Assembly (NCBI GenBank): GCA_964622095.1
Contig: CAZUPP010000001.1
Location: 67,393-131,392, forward strand
Reading direction: 5' to 3'
Source of the DNA: an uncultured Verrucomicrobiales bacterium
GTDB taxonomy: Bacteria > Verrucomicrobiota > Verrucomicrobiia > Verrucomicrobiales > CAZUPP01
DNA length: 64,000 nucleotides
A program made the translations under genes and the position numbers. Below the pieces are notes generated by a model. That model searched no databases. It saw only the letters and a list, made by a program, of their open reading frames with translations, and had not been told where the DNA came from. Below are positions 57,335 through 64,000 of this stretch, piece after piece; the first letter of the stretch is position 1; each line of letters starts with the position of its first letter.

Positions 57335-57435
57335 CCGGTCCCGAATTGTGTCAGAATTTTCACGAACGGAACGGAGTTGGTTCGGAAGTTGCTCTTGTCA
57401 ATGACATCGTGCGTGCCATTTTCACTGACCGGACC

Positions 57436-57897
57436 ATGGCTTACAAACCCCGTATCCTGATCGTGGATGATGAGGATGACGTTCGTCATCTCATTCGTCT
57501 GAACTTTGAAAGACAGCGCTTCCAGGTGGAAGAGGCCTCTGATGGATTACGCGCGTTGGAACTGATCTCTTCCACGGGCTTTGATGCTATCATTCTGGAC
57601 GTGGCCATGCCGGAGCTGGACGGATTTTCCGTCCTGCAACGCCTGCCGGAAAGCTATCTGGAGACCACTCCGGTGCTGTTGCTGACTGGTTTCTCTGGCG
57701 AGGAGTTTGAACAGGAGGCCCTGGAAGCCGGGGCGGCCGGCATGGTCGGCAAACCCTGTAACATGGCGGAGCTGGTGGACCGGGTGAAATGTCTCTTTGA
57801 GAAAAGTAAAGGCAGCTCCAGCCGGGACAGCGTGAACAGTGTGATCATCAAGTCAGTCCCCGTCCCGGCAACACGGGAGACGGATCTGGTCAGTTGA
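57436..57897 (+). CDS. Single-domain CheY-like response regulator
   Basis: RILIVDDEDDV, AIILDVAMPELDG, VLLLTG and MVGKP supply all canonical receiver residues. The ORF opens at 57346. Confidence 0.85.
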   Translation: MAYKPRILIVDDEDDVRHLIRLNFERQRFQVEEASDGLRALELISSTGFDAIILDVAMPELDGFSVLQRLPESYLETTPVLLLTGFSGEEFEQEALEAGAAGMVGKPCNMAELVDRVKCLFEKSKGSSSRDSVNSVIIKSVPVPATRETDLVS

Positions 57898-57923
57898 GTC
57901 CCTCTGATCAGTTGCCTGCTTTT

Positions 57924-59528
57924 TCAGTAGATATCTTTTTTCGGCGCGTCTGGATTGGGCGCGTGGCGCTCCTGGGCCTCACCCAATACCTGCTCGACGG
58001 CGATCGGTTTTTTTCCGATCATCGCGGTCAGACCTGCCGCGGTAAGGGTTTCGAATTTCTCACCCAGATTTTTTTCCAGGCTGGTTGCGTGGAAGGCTTT
58101 GCTCTGCACGTACTCCGTCCGGAAAAGCGCGAGGAAAAGGTCTGCGGAGAAAACCGCGAGCAGCCACATACTGCCCAGGACACCGACAAAGAAACTGATG
58201 ATCTGATAAGGCTCCAGGTTGAGCTCCTCCATCTCAAGGATGTTCGTTCCAATAAAGACGATGCCCACCAGATTAGCGATCGCGGAGAAAAGCCGGGCTT
58301 GCTGGACTATCGGTCCCAATTCTTCCGCGCTGTGAGGCCGGAGAACATCTTTTGCGCGGAATATATAGATCAGTGGCGCGGCCGTGATGCAAAGCATGCC
58401 CACGAGAATGCCGAGATTTGCTCCGATCTGATTGAGAAAGATCGTGATGACAAACATGGAGAGCGCGTAGATCGGCGCGAAAATCGCCACGAGCCAGCCG
58501 GGAGCGGGAGATTCCGGCAAAAGCACCTTTAAGGCCATGGCAGAACGGATCGTGCCGGGGAAAATCGCGATGACCTTGGGGCCAAGAATCGAAAGATAGG
58601 TCAGCCCAAAGGCCAGCCCCATGATCATGGTCATCTGTTTCGCCATTTCCGGATCGTCGATCTGACTGAAATCAACCAGCACACTGGCAGGAACCAGGCC
58701 GATGAGCATCGGGACGAAAAGCAGGACGAGCCACGCGCTGCGGGCCAGGAAGCGCGAGCGCAGAATGTTATGCCAGAACTTGGCCGCGTTCATGATGAGG
58801 ATGATGCCGATCATCTGGACAATCGTCAGCGTCCACGTCACGCCATCGATGGTTTCCATGTTGTCCCGGCCAAAATTCTTCACCTGTTCATCAACCAGGG
58901 CTTCGACTTGGCTGTCGTCCACCTCCATGCCAAGGGCGGCCTGCGCGACGGCGATTTGCTGGTCAATCTGGGCCTGCTGATTCTCCAGCAGTTGGGCCTG
59001 ATATTCATTGCCCATGCTCCGGTAATACTGAATCTGCTGATCATACTGCTCGGAGGTCTGCTCGAGCTGATTGAGCTGCTGACGGTATTGCTGAGTCTGG
59101 CCTCCATCTGCCATCGCTTCGCGCTGCTGCTCCATGGCGGTCTCAAAGGAGGCACGCAAACCTTCCCGGTACTGGGTTTCAAAGTCTTTGTAGTTGGCCA
59201 GAGAAAGGAGTAAACCGATCGTCAGCATGATCCCTGAGCCCCAGAGAAGCGCCTTCCGCCAGGCCGCGTAGTTCTGGACGAGCGGTTCGCTTACCCCCGC
59301 GCTCTCCAGCTTGGCCCGTTCTCCATCAGTCAGGGTATCTTTGCGGAATCCGCCTACAAAGGCTCGCAGGGCGGCCCTTTGAATCTGAAGACCGATGTCC
59401 TGGGCGCGTGATTTCGCGAGGTCCGCGGCTGCTCCGGCCATCTTTGCGCCGGACTCTTTGATGGAGCCTGGCTTGCCGCCGTTGCCGTTGTCGTTGGGGG
59501 GTCCCTTGTCGTTCTGATCTCCGCTCAT
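57924..59528 (-). CDS. Hypothetical multi-pass membrane protein with Gln-rich coiled-coil loop
   Basis: 534 aa. After the first TM comes QQYRQQLNQLEQTSEQYDQQIQYYRSMGNEYQAQLLENQQAQIDQQIAVAQ, then about 8 further TM helices. I recognised no family. It lies 55 nt downstream of 59584-60342 on the same strand. Confidence 0.6.
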   Translation of the reverse strand: MSGDQNDKGPPNDNGNGGKPGSIKESGAKMAGAAADLAKSRAQDIGLQIQRAALRAFVGGFRKDTLTDGERAKLESAGVSEPLVQNYAAWRKALLWGSGIMLTIGLLLSLANYKDFETQYREGLRASFETAMEQQREAMADGGQTQQYRQQLNQLEQTSEQYDQQIQYYRSMGNEYQAQLLENQQAQIDQQIAVAQAALGMEVDDSQVEALVDEQVKNFGRDNMETIDGVTWTLTIVQMIGIILIMNAAKFWHNILRSRFLARSAWLVLLFVPMLIGLVPASVLVDFSQIDDPEMAKQMTMIMGLAFGLTYLSILGPKVIAIFPGTIRSAMALKVLLPESPAPGWLVAIFAPIYALSMFVITIFLNQIGANLGILVGMLCITAAPLIYIFRAKDVLRPHSAEELGPIVQQARLFSAIANLVGIVFIGTNILEMEELNLEPYQIISFFVGVLGSMWLLAVFSADLFLALFRTEYVQSKAFHATSLEKNLGEKFETLTAAGLTAMIGKKPIAVEQVLGEAQERHAPNPDAPKKDIY

Positions 59529-59583
59529 GGCGGGCGAAGCCTAAGGGAGGAGAAAAGGGAAAGTCGACCGAAAAGGGCCGGAA

Positions 59584-60342
59584 TCACCTGCCTGCCGCAT
59601 GGGCCGCTTTCTCTTCCCAGACCCTCCAGCGAGGCGCAAACATGAATTTGCGCAGGAGCCGTTCAGCCCGCTCAGTTCCGAAGGCGCTCGTGAGGAAGCG
59701 CCGACCCTGGCTGCCCGCGTAGCGTTCATCCAGGAAGTCTCCTGCCGGGTCCGGTAAATCGAGCCTGAACGCATTTCCCGCAGGTGCAGGCATTCGCTGA
59801 AACCACCGGATGACGTAATCCCGCATCAGCTCAATCAATTCCCGGGTCACTCCGTGGTCTGGTGTGCGGGCAAAAAAAGGGATGGAACGGTGCGCCGCGC
59901 TGATTACCTCCGGGCCGCCCTCCAGCGCCAGATCCACTCCACCGGCCGCGGCGCGGTGATGCAGGTCCGCCCCCATTGATCCCGCTACCTTGCGGGCATC
60001 TTCATGCCCCGCCACACTTGGAAAATCCGCGTAGATCACCCGGGCCGTTTCTCCAAACATCACCAGCTCGATTTCCAGGCCCGGCCATGATTTCGCATCA
60101 GCGGGCAGACCCAGGATGGAACAGATTGAGACGCGTGGACTTTCGATCAGGACCAGCCGGCACGCTGCCTCGTCCTTGCGCCGGAGTGCTTTGAAGACCA
60201 GCCGCGCCGCACCGCTCCCGTCCATCTGCGCAATTTCCCTCACGACCGGCAGCTCATAAAACTTCGCGCCCAGCGCCATGGCAAAAGCCTGCCGTGCGAT
60301 CAACCCCGGTGAAAGCGGACGGCTGGAGGCGGTGACTGACAT
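59584..60342 (-). CDS. Ferredoxin-dependent bilin reductase (FDBR/Fe_bilin_red)-like protein, divergent
   Basis: Comparison by eye with PcyA recalled from memory. CRLVLIES corresponds to FRKMHLEL, SICSILGLP to DILHCVMFP, VIYADFPS to AIADLSP, IPFFARTP to CLFIRPS, and the C-terminal RRFLTSAFGTERAERLLRKFMFAP to [23 protein letters not shown]. The length of 252 aa fits the family. Confidence 0.45.
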   Translation of the reverse strand: MSVTASSRPLSPGLIARQAFAMALGAKFYELPVVREIAQMDGSGAARLVFKALRRKDEAACRLVLIESPRVSICSILGLPADAKSWPGLEIELVMFGETARVIYADFPSVAGHEDARKVAGSMGADLHHRAAAGGVDLALEGGPEVISAAHRSIPFFARTPDHGVTRELIELMRDYVIRWFQRMPAPAGNAFRLDLPDPAGDFLDERYAGSQGRRFLTSAFGTERAERLLRKFMFAPRWRVWEEKAAHAAGR

Positions 60343-60539
60343 CAGCCAACAGTGTAGCAGCCATCGAACTGAAAAAGAATCGGGAATGGCATGCCAAGCG
60401 GGAATTGACTGGCAGATCTTTGCTCCGAAGGATTAGCTTTTTGAGCGCGCACTTGAGACCAGCCGTCTTCAATGCCGCGACCTGAATCTCACCTCACAAT
60501 TTTCACGCCCAGAAAAACGCACCTGCTTGCCCACACATT

Positions 60540-62153
60540 ATGACCGCATCTCCAAATGAGCTTTGGCACCGCTTAAATGAATATTTCCTGCGCTACGAAG
60601 ATCTCGGGATTTCCCTGGATGTAAGCCGGATGAAGTTTCCCCGGGAGTACATCAGCAATCTCCAGCCGAAGATCGAGCAGGCTTTTGCCGCGATGAAAGA
60701 GCTGGAATCCGGCGCCATCGCCAACCCCGATGAAGGCCGGCAGGTAGGTCATTACTGGCTCCGGGCCCCGGAACTCGCCCCCAGTGACGAGCTGCGCAAA
60801 GAAATTATTGGCCCGCGCGATGGCATCCGTGATTTCGCCGCGCGAGTCCGGAATGGTGAGATTCACGCGGAAGGCCAGCCTTTTACTGATGCCGTCATCG
60901 TCGGCATCGGAGGTTCAGCGCTCGGTCCTCAGCTCACGGACGACGCCCTCCGTTCTCATGCGGACTGTCTCAAGCTGCACTACCTTGATAACACGGATCC
61001 GGACGGCATCGACCGTTTGCTCAGCGAGATCGAACCGCGTCTTGCCACGACCATGGTCGTGGTCATTTCCAAATCCGGCGGCACGAAAGAAACGCGCAAC
61101 GGCATGCTGGAGATGGAACAGGCCTATAAAATGCGCAATCTCGCGTTCGCTCCCCGCGCCGTCGCGGTTACCGGTCCGGGCAGTCAGCTCGACCAGTATG
61201 CGGAGTCCCATGGCTGGCGGGCGCGTTTTCCCATGAGCGATTGGGTGGGAGGCCGGACCTCGGTCATGAGTTCCGTCGGGTTGCTGCCCATGGAACTGCA
61301 GGGATTAAATACGGGGAACTTTCTCGCTGGTGCCGCGGCGATGGACGAAAAAACCCGGCAGAATAATCTTTGGGATAATGCCGCCATGCTGCTGGCGGTG
61401 ATGTGGCACTACGCCGGAAATGGACGCGGTGAGAAAGACATGGTGGTGCTGCCCTATAAAGACCGGCTGGTTCTTTTCAGTAAATACCTTCAGCAACTGG
61501 TCATGGAAAGTCTGGGCAAAGAAAAGGATCTGGATGGAAATGTGGTGAATCAGGGTATCGCTGTCTACGGCAATAAAGGATCGACCGATCAGCATGCCTA
61601 TGTGCAGCAACTCCGTGAAGGCGTAAATAATTTCTTCGTCGTCTTTATTGAGGTCCGGAAAGACCGCCACACCGCCAGCTTTGAAGTGGAAGAGGGCGTC
61701 ACCTCCGGGGATTATCTGCAGGGTTTTCTGCGGGGAACACGAGCCGCCCTTTATGAAAACAACCGGGAAAGTGTGACCATCAGCCTGCCGCGGATGGACG
61801 CTTTTAACCTCGGGGCGCTGATTGCGCTTTTTGAACGGGCCGTCGGTTTCTACGCAACGCTCGTCAACGTCAATGCCTACCATCAGCCCGGAGTCGAGGC
61901 GGGGAAAAAAGCTGCGACACGCCTTCTGGAATTACAGAAGCAGGTTATCGAAGTGCTTCAGGCCACCAGCGGTGAATCTCTCACGGCGGATGATGTGGCC
62001 TGGAGAATCGGTGAGCGCGGAGGCTCGGCCAGCGCGGAAGATGTCTACCACACCCTCGTTCATCTCAGTGAGAACCGCACCAGCTTTACGGCGGATTATT
62101 CCAGTGACGGTACCCCGAAAAATGACCGGTTTAAATATTTGCCGGTGACTTAA
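60540..62153 (+). CDS. pgi: Glucose-6-phosphate isomerase
   Basis: [43 protein letters not shown] and [12 protein letters not shown]. Confidence 0.95.
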   Translation: MTASPNELWHRLNEYFLRYEDLGISLDVSRMKFPREYISNLQPKIEQAFAAMKELESGAIANPDEGRQVGHYWLRAPELAPSDELRKEIIGPRDGIRDFAARVRNGEIHAEGQPFTDAVIVGIGGSALGPQLTDDALRSHADCLKLHYLDNTDPDGIDRLLSEIEPRLATTMVVVISKSGGTKETRNGMLEMEQAYKMRNLAFAPRAVAVTGPGSQLDQYAESHGWRARFPMSDWVGGRTSVMSSVGLLPMELQGLNTGNFLAGAAAMDEKTRQNNLWDNAAMLLAVMWHYAGNGRGEKDMVVLPYKDRLVLFSKYLQQLVMESLGKEKDLDGNVVNQGIAVYGNKGSTDQHAYVQQLREGVNNFFVVFIEVRKDRHTASFEVEEGVTSGDYLQGFLRGTRAALYENNRESVTISLPRMDAFNLGALIALFERAVGFYATLVNVNAYHQPGVEAGKKAATRLLELQKQVIEVLQATSGESLTADDVAWRIGERGGSASAEDVYHTLVHLSENRTSFTADYSSDGTPKNDRFKYLPVT

Positions 62154-64000
62154 TCAGTTCGCTGGGTCGCGTTCTCTTCCGCCAGCACTTCCGCGACGGC
62201 TGCTGTCACCTCGCTGACCGTGATTGCTTTCATGCATTCCATGTCAAAGGGACACTCCCGCAGGAAGCACGGGCTGCAGGGTATGTGATGCCGGATAATC
62301 CGGTGACCACGCCCGGGTGGCCGGGTCAGAGAAGGCTCCGTCGAGCCGAAAAGCGCGATGGTCGGTACGCCCAGCCATCCGGCCAGATGCATGGTCCCGG
62401 TGTCATTACTCACCAGCAGACGGCATTCCCGCAGGCGATGGATAAGTCCTTCCAGGTTTGTCTGGCCGATCAGATTTTCTACCCGGGCAGCCGGCAGACT
62501 TCCTTCGATCATTGCGCCGATTTCCGTATCTTTCGGCACGCCGAAAATTCGCCACGTGATTTCGGGATATAATTCCGCAATTCGAGCGGCCAGCTCCGCA
62601 AATCGTTCGGGAAACCAACGCTTGGTCGCGCCGTACTCCGCTCCCGGACATAGACCCAGGATGATTCTCGATTCACCATTCGCGGCTGACCTTGGTGAGG
62701 ATGACAGTCTTTCTTTCAGAAGTCCTTCAACCTTCGCTCCGCAGCGTTTGGCCAGGCGAAGATATTTCTCGGCATGATGCTCGGGCGGGCCGGGTTTTTC
62801 CTTTCGCTCTCTTTCCGGAATAATCTGATTCAGGAACCAGCGGCGGTTGTGCCCGGGAAAACCGATTCTGCGCGGAATACCTGCGAGAAATACCTCCAGA
62901 GCGCTGCGTAAAGAATTCGGGAAAAGCACCGCGACATCAAACTGGCCCGCTTCACGGATCCGTTTGGCGACCTGCGCCGGCTTTTTCTGATCTGGCGAAA
63001 TGGCGATTACTTCATCGGCGAGCGTTGCTTCGCGCCAGAAACCCGCCAGTTTTTCCGGAGAAAGGATCGTCACATGAGCATCCGGGCGGCCCCGGCGAAA
63101 AGCTTCCATCGCCGGAGCGCTCATCACGGCATCACCCAGCCAGTTTGGTGATCGAAGTAAAATACGGAAAGGTTGCAGCGGTTCACGCATGGATTCCGGC
63201 GGCAAAAAAATCCCACGCTTGTAACGGTCGAGCAGAAAATTAGGCTTGGGAGCTTTCCAGCGGTTATGGACCCAGAACCAATCTTCCGGCTGGTGCCGGA
63301 TGGCAGCCTCCAGCGCCTGCGTGAGCCGGTAATCGATTTCTTCGGCGCTGAGTTCATTTGGACCGCAGATTTTTGTATAGTTTACCGCCCACCGGCCGGC
63401 TTTTACGGTTCGCATTCCGGCAAATGCCACGATCGTTTCATTGTGCGTCGCCAGAATCCCTGGCAGGGGTGAAGTGGAGGCGAGGCGGTTGAAAAAAGGC
63501 AGCCACCTTCCCTGGTCGCCCGCGTGTTGGTCGATGAGAATGCCGACGCCATCACCGCGCTTCAAAATGGTATTGGCTTTGCCCATTTCCCGCCCACGTT
63601 CAATCGCGATCAGTCCGCGGCGCGAACGCGTGCGCCGGATATGCTGGTCAAACGCTTTCCCCCGCAGGCGCTGATAAACAAATGAACCGGTGTTGCCGGT
63701 GTAAATGTGGGTGGCTTGGGAAAACAGTTCCCATAGAGACAAGTGGGAAACACCCAGAACGCTGCCCAGCTCGCGCGGATCAGCCTCAGTTTTCGGATAA
63801 GGTCCGCCTTCCAGGGAAACCAGTTTTTCGATCTTTTCCGGGCGCATCGATTCAATGCGCAGGCCGCTCAGCATATTTGCGCCCAGCCGGCGGAAATGCC
63901 GGCGGCAAAGCTGTCGCCGTTCTCTTTCTGAGCGCTCCTCATCCGGAAATGCGATGCGTAGATTGCGCATGGCCAGCGTCCGGTAGCCGGGCAGGAGAAA
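62150..64000 (-). CDS. Fused LpxL/HtrB-like lipid A late acyltransferase (N-terminal, 5' end outside window) and GT9 heptosyltransferase (WaaF-like, C-terminal)
   Basis: The frame stays open upstream of the Met at 63970 to the window edge ([19 protein letters not shown]). Acyltransferase part: VSHLSLWEL (H-x4-E) and [20 protein letters not shown]9 part, from about 63172 down: [33 protein letters not shown] and [26 protein letters not shown]. Confidence 0.8.
   Translation of the reverse strand, partial: FLLPGYRTLAMRNLRIAFPDEERSERERRQLCRRHFRRLGANMLSGLRIESMRPEKIEKLVSLEGGPYPKTEADPRELGSVLGVSHLSLWELFSQATHIYTGNTGSFVYQRLRGKAFDQHIRRTRSRRGLIAIERGREMGKANTILKRGDGVGILIDQHAGDQGRWLPFFNRLASTSPLPGILATHNETIVAFAGMRTVKAGRWAVNYTKICGPNELSAEEIDYRLTQALEAAIRHQPEDWFWVHNRWKAPKPNFLLDRYKRGIFLPPESMREPLQPFRILLRSPNWLGDAVMSAPAMEAFRRGRPDAHVTILSPEKLAGFWREATLADEVIAISPDQKKPAQVAKRIREAGQFDVAVLFPNSLRSALEVFLAGIPRRIGFPGHNRRWFLNQIIPERERKEKPGPPEHHAEKYLRLAKRCGAKVEGLLKERLSSSPRSAANGESRIILGLCPGAEYGATKRWFPERFAELAARIAELYPEITWRIFGVPKDTEIGAMIEGSLPAARVENLIGQTNLEGLIHRLRECRLLVSNDTGTMHLAGWLGVPTIALFGSTEPSLTRPPGRGHRIIRHHIPCSPCFLRECPFDMECMKAITVSEVTAAVAEVLAEENATQRTD

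Overview
This is a 64-kb chromosomal segment, moderately GC-rich and densely coding on both strands. I count about 55 protein genes and one tRNA. I recognised no rRNA, CRISPR array, transposase, integrase or phage genes. The gene content suggests a Verrucomicrobiota/PVC-type heterotroph (inference only): a PEP-CTERM sorting signal, a prepilin-type N-methylation-domain protein, many signal-peptide proteins with no recognisable family, LPS genes and a giant beta-helix/LamG protein. The housekeeping backbone is tRNA-Asn, tmk, holB, rplQ, rpoA, rpiB, ubiX, xylB, msrB, pyrE, acyP, purL, purS, a CoA-transferase and pgi. Accessory content: a polysaccharide cluster (GT4 plus a 1353-aa sulfatase-fold/GT2 fusion), arsR-arsC-arsM, an MFS transporter, an OmpR/HK pair, a 1352-aa Cache-PAS hybrid kinase with a CheY-like regulator, an ABC-2 transporter cluster, a transglutaminase-like membrane protein, and a fused LpxL-like acyltransferase/GT9 heptosyltransferase that runs off the window end. 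The most unusual observations are five. (1) A 252-aa protein that by eye resembles ferredoxin-dependent bilin reductases, co-oriented with an uncharacterised Gln-rich multi-pass membrane protein, with no heme oxygenase or photoreceptor in the window. (2) A structured intergenic element present twice in opposite orientation (triple 9-mer, A-tract, hairpin with a compensatory change). (3) A sulfatase-fold domain lacking the formylglycine motif, fused to glycosyltransferase domains. (4) An intact VapB next to a frameshifted VapC directly upstream of rpoA. (5) A 943-bp divergent intergenic region with paired palindromes. All family assignments come from reading motifs in the translated ORFs; no database search was possible.
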